From Tagaea sp. (GTDB lineage: Bacteria > Pseudomonadota > Alphaproteobacteria > CACIAM-22H2): a DNA stretch of 64,000 bases. The DNA is taken from the NCBI GenBank assembly GCA_965279525.1, contig CBDIIB010000004.1, positions 736,001-800,000 on the forward strand. The letters are read 5' to 3'. This document shows, one piece after another, positions 30,466 to 40,223 of this stretch. The translations under genes and the position numbers were made by a program. Below the pieces are notes generated by a model, which had not been told where the DNA came from, searched no databases, and saw nothing but the letters and a program-made list of their open reading frames with translations. Position 1 is the first letter of the stretch; each line of letters starts with the position of its first letter.

Positions 30466-31062
30466 TCAGGTACGCGAACCTTCGCCGTAGGCCGTCGCCC
30501 AGCCCCAGGCGCCCGAACCGTAACCGCGCGTCGTGACGCGCTCGCGGTAGATGCCCGCGATCACGTCGCCGTCGCCGGCGAGCAGGGCCTTGGTCGAACA
30601 CATCTCGGCGCAGAGCGGCAGCTTGCCTTCGGCCAGACGGTTGCGGCCATACTTGACGAAGCTGGCTTCCGTATTCGACGGCTCGGGGCCGGCGGCGCAG
30701 AAGGTGCACTTGTCCATCTTGCCGCGCGTACCGAAATTGCCCGCCTGCGGATACTGCGGCGCGCCGAACGGGCACGCGTAGAAGCAGTAGCCGCAGCCGA
30801 TGCAGAGGTCCTTGGAGTGCAGGACCACGCCTTCGGCCGTCTTGTAGAAGCAGTCGACCGGGCAGACCGCCATGCACGGCGCGTCGGTGCAGTGCATGCA
30901 GGCCATCGAGATCGAACGCTCGCCGGGCTTGCCGTCGTTGAGGGTGACGACACGCCGACGGTTGATGCCCCACGGCACCTCGTGTTCGTTCTTGCAGGCG
31001 GTGACGCAGGCGTTGCATTCGATGCAACGCTCGGCGTCGAGGAGGAACTTCATACGAGCCAT
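30466..31062 (-). CDS. fdhB: formate dehydrogenase iron-sulfur (beta) subunit
   Basis: CIECNAC, CMHC..C...CP, CIGCGYC...CP and KCTFC motifs. Confidence 0.95.
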   Translation of the reverse strand: MARMKFLLDAERCIECNACVTACKNEHEVPWGINRRRVVTLNDGKPGERSISMACMHCTDAPCMAVCPVDCFYKTAEGVVLHSKDLCIGCGYCFYACPFGAPQYPQAGNFGTRGKMDKCTFCAAGPEPSNTEASFVKYGRNRLAEGKLPLCAEMCSTKALLAGDGDVIAGIYRERVTTRGYGSGAWGWATAYGEGSRT

Positions 31063-31081
31063 GTCAATCGCTCCCTAGCCC

Positions 31082-34015
31082 TTAGGCCTTCTCGATGCGG
31101 CACAAGGTGGTTTTGGTTTCCTGCATCTGGGTCACCGGGTCGTAGCCGTAGGTGGTGATGGTGTTCACCGCCTCGCCGAGCACGATCGGATCTGTCCCTT
31201 GCGGATAGGACGAACGCATGTCCTTGCCCATCCAGTGGCCGGCGAAGTGGAACGGCATCCATGCCACGCCGCGGCCCACGCGTTCGGTCACCAGCGCCTT
31301 GACCTTGATCCGGGCGTTGTTCTCCGGACCGAAGACCCAGACGTCGTCGTTGTTCTTGGCGCCGATCCGGGTGGCGTCGGTCGGATTGATCTCGACGAAC
31401 ATCTGCTGCTGCAGTTCGGCGAGCCACTTGTTGGATCGGGTCTCGTCGCCGCCGCCCTCGTACTCGACCAAGCGCCCCGACGTCAGGACGATCGGGAACT
31501 GCTTGGAAACGTCGCGGTCCTGGATCGTCTTGAACAGCGTCGGCACGCGGTGGAGCATCCGGTCGGTGTAGGTCGGATACTTGGCGACCAACTGGCGGTC
31601 CGGCGAATAGAGCGGTTCGCGATGCGTCGGGACCGGGTCCGGGAAGTTCCAGACATTCGCCCGGGCGCGCGCGTTGCCCTTGGGATCGCAGCCGTGGAGG
31701 ATCGCCACGCGGATGACTCCGCCCGAGGTGTCGAAGTTCCAGGAGACGTTGTCGGCGTTGCCGGCAAACACCATCCGCCCGATGTCCTCGATTTCCGTGC
31801 GCTCCGCTTCCGTCAGGTCCTTGTCCCAGCCGAGGCGCTTGAGCATGCCATAGCTGAAGGCCGGGTGGCCGTCCTTGATCTCCGAACCCTGTGCCGCGAC
31901 GCCGTCGGCGAGAAGGCTCACGCCCTCGCGTTCGGCACCGAAGAGGACGCGGAAATTGCCGCCGCCCTTGGCGACCGGGATCGACTGGTCATAGAGGACG
32001 TGGGTTCCGGTGTGGCCGTGTTCGGGCTTGCCCCAGCACGGCCACGGCAGGCCGTAGAACTCGTCCTTCGCGATGGCCGCCATCCCGTCCTTGGCCGGGA
32101 TGTCCTTCAACGCGCGCAGGCTGACGCGGTCGAACGCGTCCTGGTTGGCCATGTGCGCCTTGAGACGTTCCGGGCTCTGGCCCGAATAGCCGGCCGTGAA
32201 GCACGTCTTGTTGATCTCGCGAAGGATGTCTTCGGCGAGCGGCTTCTTTCCGTCGACCTTGATGTTCTTGAACATCTCGGTCGCGAAGCCGAACTTCTCG
32301 GCGAGCAGATACATGATCTCGTAGTCGTTCTTCGATTCGAAGATCGGCTCGACGATCTGGCTGCCCCACTGGAGCGACCGGTTGGATGCCGTGCGGCTGC
32401 CGCTCATCTCGAGCGAGGTGCAGGCAGGCAGCAGGTAGACGCCGTCCTTGCGCTCGGCCGCCATGACCGGGATCTGCACGGGATGCGGGTCGATGACGAC
32501 GAGCGTGTCGACCTTCTCCATCGCCTTCTTGCCGTCGGGACCGCGTGTCTGGGTATTGGCGCCGTGGCCCCAGAACACCATTGCCTTGAGCGGCTCGGGC
32601 TGCCCCTGGATGTTCGCCTTGCTCTCGAGCGCAAGGTCATGCCAGCGGGACGCGGGCGTCCCCGGCAGTTCCATCAGCGCCTTCGACTTGAAGCGGGCCA
32701 GCATGTATTCGTACGGCACGCCCCAGCCGCGCGCGAAGTGGCGCCACGCCTGTTCGGTCAGGCCGTAGTAGTTGGGCAGGTTGAGAACGTCGAGGCCGAG
32801 ATCCGTGGCCCCCTGCACGTTGCAGTGGCCGCGGAAGATGTTGGTACCGCCGCCCGAGGTGCCGATCGTGCCGTAGTTCATCGCGAGGATGCAGTACGCG
32901 CGCACGTTGGCCGAACCGACCGTGTGCTGCGTGCCGCCCATGCACCAGATCACGCTGAACGGGCGGTTGTTCCACAACGTCTGCGCCACGCGGCGAAGCT
33001 GCGCGCCCGGCACGCCGGTGATCCGCTCGACTTCGGCCGGGTTGTACTTGGCCACTTCCTTCTTGACGTCTTCCCAGCCGTAGATGCGCCGGCGGATGAA
33101 CTCGTGGTCCGTCCAGCCGTTCTCGATCGCGTGCCAGAGGATGCCCCAGATCAGCGGAATGTCGGTGCCCGGGCGCAGGCGCACATGCTCGGTCGAGTGC
33201 GCGGCCGTGCGCGTGAAGCGCGGATCACAGACGATGAACGGCGCCTGGTTCTGCTCCTTGCCGCGCAGCACGTGCAGCATCGAGACGGGATGCGCCTCCG
33301 CCGGATTGCCGCCGATCAGGAACGTCGAACGCGAGTTCTGGATGTCGTTGTAGGAATTGGTCTGCGCGCCGTAGCCCCACGACTGGGCGACGCCGGCAAC
33401 CGTCGTCGAGTGGCAGATGCGCGCCTGGTGGTCGACGTTGTTGGTGCCCCAGAACGCCGCGAACTTGCGATTGAGATAGGCCGCCTCGTTCGTGAACTTC
33501 GCCGAGCCGAGCCAGTAGACCGAGTCAGGTCCCGCACTCTCGCGGATCTTCAGCAGGCGGTCGCCGACCTCGTTGACAGCCTGCGCCCAGCTCATGCGGA
33601 CCCAGCGGCCGTTCTCGAGCTTCATCGGGTATTTCAGGCGGCGGTCGCCGTGGACGATCTCGCGGATCGCGGCACCCTTGGCGCAGTGTGCGCCGAGGTT
33701 GATCGGCGATTCGAACGTCGGCTCCTGGCCGGTCCACACGCCGTTCTGCACTTCCGCGGTGACCGTGCAGCCCACCGAACAGTGGGTGCACATGTTCTTG
33801 ACGATCTTCGTCTCGACGCCGGCCTTCGGCGGCCCGAAGGCACCGGCGGCTTCGACCGTCTTGAACTTGAGCGTCGCCGCGGCGGCAACACCGCCGGCCA
33901 CGAGGCCCGAACGGCGCAGGAAGGCGCGGCGATCCATCGCCCCGCCCGCGGCACCCGCGAGGGCGGCCGTCAGACGCGTACCGGCGGCCTTGCCGGAGGA
34001 TTTCTTGGTAAGCAT
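31082..34015 (-). CDS. fdhA: formate dehydrogenase alpha subunit (Mo/W-bis-PGD, Cys ligand, Tat-exported)
   Basis: Tat RRAFLRR, CTHCSVGC..CAKG, ARICHSTT (TGC at 33415-33413), RGHCNVQG and ETK. Confidence 0.95.
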   Translation of the reverse strand: MLTKKSSGKAAGTRLTAALAGAAGGAMDRRAFLRRSGLVAGGVAAAATLKFKTVEAAGAFGPPKAGVETKIVKNMCTHCSVGCTVTAEVQNGVWTGQEPTFESPINLGAHCAKGAAIREIVHGDRRLKYPMKLENGRWVRMSWAQAVNEVGDRLLKIRESAGPDSVYWLGSAKFTNEAAYLNRKFAAFWGTNNVDHQARICHSTTVAGVAQSWGYGAQTNSYNDIQNSRSTFLIGGNPAEAHPVSMLHVLRGKEQNQAPFIVCDPRFTRTAAHSTEHVRLRPGTDIPLIWGILWHAIENGWTDHEFIRRRIYGWEDVKKEVAKYNPAEVERITGVPGAQLRRVAQTLWNNRPFSVIWCMGGTQHTVGSANVRAYCILAMNYGTIGTSGGGTNIFRGHCNVQGATDLGLDVLNLPNYYGLTEQAWRHFARGWGVPYEYMLARFKSKALMELPGTPASRWHDLALESKANIQGQPEPLKAMVFWGHGANTQTRGPDGKKAMEKVDTLVVIDPHPVQIPVMAAERKDGVYLLPACTSLEMSGSRTASNRSLQWGSQIVEPIFESKNDYEIMYLLAEKFGFATEMFKNIKVDGKKPLAEDILREINKTCFTAGYSGQSPERLKAHMANQDAFDRVSLRALKDIPAKDGMAAIAKDEFYGLPWPCWGKPEHGHTGTHVLYDQSIPVAKGGGNFRVLFGAEREGVSLLADGVAAQGSEIKDGHPAFSYGMLKRLGWDKDLTEAERTEIEDIGRMVFAGNADNVSWNFDTSGGVIRVAILHGCDPKGNARARANVWNFPDPVPTHREPLYSPDRQLVAKYPTYTDRMLHRVPTLFKTIQDRDVSKQFPIVLTSGRLVEYEGGGDETRSNKWLAELQQQMFVEINPTDATRIGAKNNDDVWVFGPENNARIKVKALVTERVGRGVAWMPFHFAGHWMGKDMRSSYPQGTDPIVLGEAVNTITTYGYDPVTQMQETKTTLCRIEKA

Positions 34016-34027
34016 CGGTCGGCCTCC

Positions 34028-34222
34028 TTACTTCGCGAGGGCGTAATAGGTCTTCACGTGCGCCGTTTCGGCGTAACCGGCCGACGGCGATGCCGTCGTT
34101 TCGGCGGCCTTGGCGGGCGCCGTTCCGGCGACGCTTCCCGCACCGGCGGCGACGGCGCCGAGGCCTGCGACTTTGAAGAACTGGCGACGCGAGGCCGCCT
34201 TGGGTTCCGGGTTCTGGCTCAT
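34028..34222 (-). CDS. 64-aa Tat-leader mini-protein
   Basis: SRRQFFK twin-arginine motif, Ala-rich h-region and C-terminal YAETAHVKTYY; AGAGG RBS. Confidence 0.85.
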   Translation of the reverse strand: MSQNPEPKAASRRQFFKVAGLGAVAAGAGSVAGTAPAKAAETTASPSAGYAETAHVKTYYALAK

Positions 34223-34236
34223 CGTTTTCTGCCTCT

Positions 34237-35106
34237 CTATCCCGCGTGTTCGTTGCTTGGCGACGCTTCGCCGATGGCGAAGGCCGCGCGTTCGATTTCG
34301 ATGAAGATGCGGCCGATCTGGCCGATCGGCATGTAAAGGCGTGCGGCCTTGGCGCTCGCGAGGTCGGCGAAGAACTTCTCCGCCCATGTCGCGACGTGGG
34401 CGTCGAAAAAGCGCTTCTGTGCCTCGAGCGGGGCAGGTTCGCCGAAAGCGCCGACGATCAGCCCCGCCATCATCTCGCAAAGCGAGGCCATGTGGTCTTC
34501 GGGTTCCGGCCGGTCGTTCGTGCGCGCGATGCCGAGACGGGTCATGGCGCCGCGCAGGTTGGCGAGCGGCTTCTCGTGCAGGAAGCCGGTCAGGTAGAAC
34601 GACGCATAGGGCTGAAGCTCGCCGCGTGCCAAGCCGACGAACAGGTCGTGGAACTCGTCGCTCGCCTCGTGCGGCGTGGTCTTGCGCGCGACGGCGGCAA
34701 GCGCCCGGATATGGCCGCCCAGTTCGCTGTCGTCGCCTTCCATGGCGCCAAGCCGGTTCAGCAGTTCCTGCGACGGCACTTCGGCAAGGAGTTCGCCAAG
34801 CAGCGCGTACCACGACGCGCGCACGGCTTCATCGGGATCGATGTCGATTTCGCTCTTCGGGATTTCGGCGCTGTCCATCTTCGCTGTACCGCCTGCGGCC
34901 GGATAAACGTCGGGGCGCAATTCGTGCCTCGGGACGCCGGTCGCGCCTTCAATCGCGAGCACGGCTTCGGCCGGAACACGCTTGCCGACCTTCAGCCAGT
35001 GCCAGACATGGCCCTGCGACTTGCCGATCAGCCGGGCAAGCGCCGACTGGCCGCCGGCCACCGCGATCGCGCGCTCCAATGCCGAAAGACTGCCGAGATC
35101 GCTCAA
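34237..35106 (-). CDS. Cro/YdaS-like HTH fused to a TorD/DmsD-family maturation chaperone
   Basis: N-terminal LERAIAVAGGQSALARLIGKSQGHVWHW..VPAE..IEGATG.VPRHELRPDVY; C-terminal PYASFYLTG, EPEDH and FFDAHV..W; no stop between them. Start uncertain (TTG 35106 or 35079; internal ATG 34878). Confidence 0.88.
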   Translation of the reverse strand: MSDLGSLSALERAIAVAGGQSALARLIGKSQGHVWHWLKVGKRVPAEAVLAIEGATGVPRHELRPDVYPAAGGTAKMDSAEIPKSEIDIDPDEAVRASWYALLGELLAEVPSQELLNRLGAMEGDDSELGGHIRALAAVARKTTPHEASDEFHDLFVGLARGELQPYASFYLTGFLHEKPLANLRGAMTRLGIARTNDRPEPEDHMASLCEMMAGLIVGAFGEPAPLEAQKRFFDAHVATWAEKFFADLASAKAARLYMPIGQIGRIFIEIERAAFAIGEASPSNEHAG

Positions 35107-35116
35107 ACTGTCACCG

Positions 35117-35134
35117 CTACTAACGGGTTTGTCG
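35117..35134. promoter_or_regulatory. putative operator copy 1 (CTACTA-ACGGGT-TTGTCG)
   Basis: 18-bp pseudo-palindrome about 10 nt upstream of the TTG start; inverted twin at 35284-35301. Confidence 0.6.
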
Positions 35135-35283
35135 CGAAAACCGCGTCGGTTCGAACCGTCAACTGGCTTACGTTTTCCATGCGGCGAACTTGGCGTTCCT
35201 GAAGCGACCTTGCGTTTGATCTCCGCAGGTCTTTTTTGTTGCGAGTCATTGTCAACATCCTCTTTCCAAAGGGAAAACGGCGC

Positions 35284-35326
35284 CGACAAGATGGTTAGTA
35301 GATAGCGCTACGCCGGAGCATGTCAA
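35284..35326 (-). promoter_or_regulatory. putative sigma-70 promoter (TTGACA at 35326-35321) overlapped by operator copy 2 (35284-35301)
   Basis: exact TTGACA, a CTATCT/TCTACT -10-like region 15-18 nt downstream, and CGACAA-GATGGT-TAGTAG covering the -10/+1 region. Confidence 0.55.
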
Positions 35327-35434
35327 CAACGTGCTGCGCATCGGTGGACATGTTGCGCTGCAGCATTCGGAATGTTCAAAAAATGCCCGGCCCGCTGTTT
35401 CGGGCGCACGCCGTACTGCGATGCAAAAATTCGA

Positions 35435-35971
35435 TCAGGCCGATTTGGACGACGGATCTTCGGGCGCCGGACTCTCCGCAGGCGTCGAATCGGCTGCTGT
35501 ACCCGTCTCCGCCGCAGCAAGGCGGGCCTTCTCGGCAGCCTCGGCCCGCTCGATCTCCTCCACGGCCTCGACCATGCCGGAGCCCACCCTGTAGATCGTG
35601 TTCTTGAGCCCCTCGGGGAAACACTGGACGGCGTTGAAGTCGATCGAGTGGCACTCCGAGATGTCGATGGTCGCGAAGTGCGGGTCGAGCGTCCAGAGCT
35701 TGCGTAGCGCCTGCGTGCGCAGGTCGGACGCGACATCGCCGCGCATGAAAAGGCTGTAGTCCGAATCCCGCGTCAAGGATTCGAGCGGCGGGAGTTCGAC
35801 GGGCTTCTCCTCGGCCGGCGGTGCTACCGGCTGAAGTTCGTTCGCCTGTTCGGGTACGGCCGGAGGGAGATCCTCGACCGGCGGCACGGCAGCTTGCGTC
35901 GCGCGTGCCTCGCTCTTCAGGCGCGACCAGCGACCCGCGAACCCTTCGGTCTGCCCGTCGTGCTCAGCCAT
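35435..35971 (-). CDS. DUF3306-like protein
   Basis: FAGRWSRLK, LPPLESL..DSDYSLFM and LRTQALRKLW..DP; FDH-cluster context. Confidence 0.85.
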   Translation of the reverse strand: MAEHDGQTEGFAGRWSRLKSEARATQAAVPPVEDLPPAVPEQANELQPVAPPAEEKPVELPPLESLTRDSDYSLFMRGDVASDLRTQALRKLWTLDPHFATIDISECHSIDFNAVQCFPEGLKNTIYRVGSGMVEAVEEIERAEAAEKARLAAAETGTAADSTPAESPAPEDPSSKSA

Positions 35972-36530
35972 CGTTTTCCTTCTGCGCGAAGGAAGCACGA
36001 TAGTCGTTTCCCTCCGCCCCCTTGCCGAACCCCTTGTTCGGATCGATGCGCGTGCGCTTGCGCTTCTTGAACGTCTCCTCGACGTGGTAGGCGGCGACAT
36101 AGCCGGTGAGCCACTGCACCATGGCCGACGTCATCGGCACCTTTTCGACCGAATGGACGCCGTCGACTGTGAAGGCCTCGGCCTCGCCGGGACTGGCCGT
36201 GACATGCCGCACGACGATGCCGGGTGCCGGAAGCGACGGATCGCGACGCAGCACCACGTAGACCGACGGGACCGGCTCGGCGAGATTCATCCGGTACATG
36301 ACGGTCTCGGCAACGAACAGCTCCAGCTCGAACTGCCCGGCGAACCAGATCGTCGCATCGCCTTCGACGCGCATCTTCGTCCATGGCGCCAGATCGGTGG
36401 TGCCGGCGACGATGTCGTGCGGCATCCATTGTTCTTCGCCCCAGGCCGTCTTGGGCGGACGTGCCGCCAGCAGCACGCCGATCGGCATGCGCTCGTCGCG
36501 CGAGACTTCTGGCTGAAGCTGGTCGTTCAT
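35964..36530 (-). CDS. DUF3305-like protein
   Basis: [23 protein letters not shown] and [11 protein letters not shown]; paired with DUF3306. Confidence 0.85.
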   Translation of the reverse strand: MNDQLQPEVSRDERMPIGVLLAARPPKTAWGEEQWMPHDIVAGTTDLAPWTKMRVEGDATIWFAGQFELELFVAETVMYRMNLAEPVPSVYVVLRRDPSLPAPGIVVRHVTASPGEAEAFTVDGVHSVEKVPMTSAMVQWLTGYVAAYHVEETFKKRKRTRIDPNKGFGKGAEGNDYRASFAQKENDG

Positions 36531-37147
36531 CGGGCCGTCTGCTCCAGTTGCCGGCGTGCGGCTTCAAGATCGTCGGGACGGTTCGCGTTGAAGAACGGGT
36601 CGTCCGGAACAGCCGGATATTCGACCGTCGCCAATCGATAGCGCGCCGTCCACCGGTCGACCTTATATATCTTTTCGCGGACCATCGCATCGCGCAAAGC
36701 CTCGCGCAGGTCGACGCGCCAGAGGCCGAAGACCGGATGCGCCTGTCCGCCCGACGTGGCACAGGCAAGGTCGGCCTTGTCCCCGGCCACTGCCGCATGC
36801 AGGCGCGCGACAAGATCGGTCGGGAAAAAAGGCGCGTCCGACGCGAAGCTTGCCACCCAAATTGCCGCCGGCGCGTTGGCCGCCGCCCAGTCGAGCCCGG
36901 CAAGTACGCCAGCCAGCGGCCCGGCATAGCCTTCGACCGTGTCGGCGACAACCGGCAGCCCGAAGGGCGCGAAGCGCGCCGGGTCGCCGTTGGCGTTAAG
37001 TACGAGCCTTGCGACCTGCGGGCGGGCACGATCGAGAATGTGCGCCAGGATCGGCCGGCCGCCGAGGTCGCGCAGGCATTTGTCGCCCCCGCCCATGCGC
37101 GTCGATTGTCCGCCCGCGAGCACGACGCCGGCAATGTCAGTCCTCAT
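36527..37147 (-). CDS. mobA: molybdenum cofactor guanylyltransferase
   Basis: [23 protein letters not shown] and [10 protein letters not shown]. Confidence 0.95.
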   Translation of the reverse strand: MRTDIAGVVLAGGQSTRMGGGDKCLRDLGGRPILAHILDRARPQVARLVLNANGDPARFAPFGLPVVADTVEGYAGPLAGVLAGLDWAAANAPAAIWVASFASDAPFFPTDLVARLHAAVAGDKADLACATSGGQAHPVFGLWRVDLREALRDAMVREKIYKVDRWTARYRLATVEYPAVPDDPFFNANRPDDLEAARRQLEQTAR

Positions 37148-38015
37148 CGCGCGTCCCCTTGCGGCGCGCCTTCGCATCCTCGTCGGCGACTGCCCGGGCG
37201 TCGGCATCGAACTCGATGCGCTCGGCACCGGCCAGCACGACGAAACGCGAGCCCTTGGCGCGGCCGATCAGCGTCAGGCCCGCCTTGCGCGCAAGTTCGA
37301 CGCCCCAAGCCGTGAAACCCGACCGCGAGACGAGGATCGGGATGCCCATCTGGACGGTCTTGATGACCATCTCGGAGGTCAGCCGCCCGGTCGTATAGAA
37401 AATCTTGTCGTGCGCCGACATGCCATGGCGGAACATGTAACCGGCGATCTTGTCGACCGCATTGTGCCGGCCGACATCCTCCATATAGACGAGTGCCCGG
37501 TCCTGCTGGCACAGCACGCAGCCATGGATGGCGCCCGCCTCCAGATAGAGCGAGGGTGCGGTATTGATCTTCCGGGTGAGTCGGTAGAGCCAGGACGTCT
37601 TCAGCCGCGCGTCCTTGGCAAGCGCGACCTTGTCGAATTTTTCCATCAGGTCGCCGAAGGCGGTTCCCTGCGCGCATCCCGATGTCAGCGTCTTCTTGCG
37701 CAGCTTGTCTTCGAAATCCGTCGTTCGGTCAGTCCGCACGACGACGACATCGAGCTCGGTATCGTGCTCGACCGCGATGATCTTCTCGTCGGCCGCCAGC
37801 ATGTTCTGGTTAAGCAGGTAGCCGATCGCCAGATATTCGGGATAGTCGGCGATCGTCATCATCGTGACGATCTCGCGGGCGTTGAGATAGAGCGTAAGTG
37901 GGCGCTCGACCACGACCGCCGTTTCGACGTCGGCACCCGTCTGGTCGATGCCGCGCACGCGCTCGACCAGACGTGGATCGTCCGGATTCGGCTTCAGCAG
38001 GAACTCGTCGGCCAT
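37137..38015 (-). CDS. fdhD: formate dehydrogenase accessory sulfurtransferase
   Basis: [31 protein letters not shown] and TGRLTSEMV. Confidence 0.95.
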   Translation of the reverse strand: MADEFLLKPNPDDPRLVERVRGIDQTGADVETAVVVERPLTLYLNAREIVTMMTIADYPEYLAIGYLLNQNMLAADEKIIAVEHDTELDVVVVRTDRTTDFEDKLRKKTLTSGCAQGTAFGDLMEKFDKVALAKDARLKTSWLYRLTRKINTAPSLYLEAGAIHGCVLCQQDRALVYMEDVGRHNAVDKIAGYMFRHGMSAHDKIFYTTGRLTSEMVIKTVQMGIPILVSRSGFTAWGVELARKAGLTLIGRAKGSRFVVLAGAERIEFDADARAVADEDAKARRKGTRDED

Positions 38016-38101
38016 GGATCGAGAATGACCCCGGCGACCCGCGCTTTCAAGGTCCGCGAGAAACGCCTTGATCGCCTGCGCCAGCTTTGCAACATACCCC
38101 T

Positions 38102-40174
38102 ATGGAAATCGGCGACAAGCTCGTTCTGGTCTGCGACTGCACGGGCACGATTCCGCTCGACGGCAAGGCCCTGCGCAAGGCTTGCTCCGCCGCTGCCGGC
38201 GCGGATGTCGGCGAAGTCGTTCCCGACACGATCTTGTGCCGCGCACAGCTCGGGAATTTCGAAGCCGCCCTCAAGTCGGGCAAGGAACTGATCGTCGCCT
38301 GCACGCAGGAAGCGCCGTTCTTCGCCGAGACGCGCGCCGAACTCGGCGTCGACAACGACATCCGCTTCGTCAACATCCGCGAGCGCGCCGGCTGGTCGGA
38401 CGAAGCCGACAAGGCGATGCCGAAGATCGCCGCCCTGCTCGCCGAAGCCGCGATCGACGTGCCGCCGACCGCAAGCGTGCCGATGCGCTCGCAAGGGGTG
38501 GCACTAATCTACGGCCGCGACGAGACGGCGATCGACGCGGCAAAGCGCCTCGGCGAGCGTCTCGACTGCACCGTCCTGCTATCAAAGCCCGCTTCGGTGA
38601 GCCCGCCCCGCCTGACCGACGTCCCGATCTTCAGGGGCACGATCGTGCGCGCGGGCGGCCATATGGGCGCGTTCGAGATCGTCGTCGACGACTATGCGCC
38701 GGCCCTGCCCTCCTCGCGCGGCCAGCTCGGGTTCGAGCGCGCGCGCGACGGCGCTTCGTCCAAGTGCGACCTGATCCTCGATCTGACGGGCGGCGCCCCC
38801 CTCTTCCAGGCACACGAGAAGCGCGACGGCTATTTCCGGCCAGATCCGAAAGATGCCGCCGAAGTCGAGCGGACGATCTTCGCGATGGCGGACATGATCG
38901 GCGAGTTCGAGAAGCCCCGCTACATCGACTATGACGCGGCGATCTGCACGCACAGCCGCAACACCAAGAAGGGCTGCCAGCGCTGCCTCGATGTCTGCCC
39001 GACCGGCGCCATCACGTCGAAGGGCGATGGCGTCGAGTTCAACGCCTATGTGTGCGCCGGCTGCGGTTCGTGCGCGTCGGTCTGCCCGACGGGGGCCGCG
39101 ACCTACGCGCTGCCGCCGCAGGAGACCGTCTTCGAGCGCCTGCGCACGCTCCTGCTCGCCTACGCGCGCGCCGACGGGAAGCGGCCGGTGCTCTTCGTCC
39201 ACGATTCGCGGCATGGCGAGGCGATGATCGACATGATCGCGCGGCACGGGCGCGGCCTGCCGGCCAACGTGCTGCCTTTCGCGGTCAGCGAGATCACGCA
39301 GATCGGGTTCGACTTCCTTTCCGCCGCACTTGCCTTCGGTGCTTCGCAGATCCGCCTGCTCGTCGATCCGGCAAAGCGCGACGAGCTTGCCGGTCTTGCC
39401 GGACAGATCGGTCTGGCGGAAACAGCGATGGTCGGGCTCGGCTTCGGCGAAGGCCGCGTGGCGATCATCGACGCGACGGATCCCGAAGCCGTCGAAGCGG
39501 AACTCTATGGCACGCGCGCCCAGGAGCCGGCCAAGGCGGGCGGCTTCCTGCCGATGGGCGGCAAGCGCGAGATAACCTTGCTGGCGCTGCGACACCTGCA
39601 TTCGGTGGCGCCGACGCCGGTGGACGTGCTGCCGCTTGCCGCCGGCTCGCCCTACGGGACACTGGCGGTCGACACGGACGGCTGCACGCTTTGCCTGGCC
39701 TGCGTCGGCACGTGCCCGACCGGCGCGTTGATCGACAACCCGGACCTGCCGCAATTGCGCTTCATCCAGGAAGCCTGCGTGCAATGCGGCCTTTGCAAGG
39801 CGACGTGCCCCGAGAAGGTCATCCAGCTCAAGCCGCAGATCGATTTCACGAGTGCGGCGAAATCACCCAAACTCGTCAAGGAAGAGGAACCGGCCTGCTG
39901 CGTGCGCTGCGGCAAGCCTTTCGGGACACTCTCGGCGATCGAGAAGATCACCGAGAAACTGGCCGGCAAGCACTGGATGTTCCAGACCGGCGAAGTCGTC
40001 GAACGCATCCGCATGTGCGAGGATTGCCGTCTGGTCCGGCAGGCCGAAGCCGCCATCGATCCGTTTGCCGGCCCGGCCCGGCCGGTCACACGCACGACCG
40101 AGGACTATCTGCGCGAAGCCGAACGGGCCAAGCGGGCGGCCGAAAACCGCAACGATGGCCCGCCAAAAGCCTGA
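38102..40174 (+). CDS. large multi-[4Fe-4S] (polyferredoxin-like) protein
   Basis: four ferredoxin motifs (C..GCQRCLDVCP, CAGCGSCASVCP, CTLCLACVGTCP, CVQCGLCKATCP) plus CVRC...CEDC, ACTQE and VNIRE. Confidence 0.9.
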   Translation: MEIGDKLVLVCDCTGTIPLDGKALRKACSAAAGADVGEVVPDTILCRAQLGNFEAALKSGKELIVACTQEAPFFAETRAELGVDNDIRFVNIRERAGWSDEADKAMPKIAALLAEAAIDVPPTASVPMRSQGVALIYGRDETAIDAAKRLGERLDCTVLLSKPASVSPPRLTDVPIFRGTIVRAGGHMGAFEIVVDDYAPALPSSRGQLGFERARDGASSKCDLILDLTGGAPLFQAHEKRDGYFRPDPKDAAEVERTIFAMADMIGEFEKPRYIDYDAAICTHSRNTKKGCQRCLDVCPTGAITSKGDGVEFNAYVCAGCGSCASVCPTGAATYALPPQETVFERLRTLLLAYARADGKRPVLFVHDSRHGEAMIDMIARHGRGLPANVLPFAVSEITQIGFDFLSAALAFGASQIRLLVDPAKRDELAGLAGQIGLAETAMVGLGFGEGRVAIIDATDPEAVEAELYGTRAQEPAKAGGFLPMGGKREITLLALRHLHSVAPTPVDVLPLAAGSPYGTLAVDTDGCTLCLACVGTCPTGALIDNPDLPQLRFIQEACVQCGLCKATCPEKVIQLKPQIDFTSAAKSPKLVKEEEPACCVRCGKPFGTLSAIEKITEKLAGKHWMFQTGEVVERIRMCEDCRLVRQAEAAIDPFAGPARPVTRTTEDYLREAERAKRAAENRNDGPPKA

Positions 40175-40223
40175 TTACGGCAATAACCCGCCCCACGAAG
40201 GGGTCGAATTCCGGGGACCGGGT

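Noticed and set aside
33413-33415. Possible selenocysteine recoding in fdhA
   Set aside because: The ligand codon is TGC (Cys) and the frame has no in-frame TGA
34900-35079. Cro-like HTH as a prophage or toxin-antitoxin remnant
   Set aside because: No divergent cI, integrase, partner toxin or att site; the HTH is in frame with TorD
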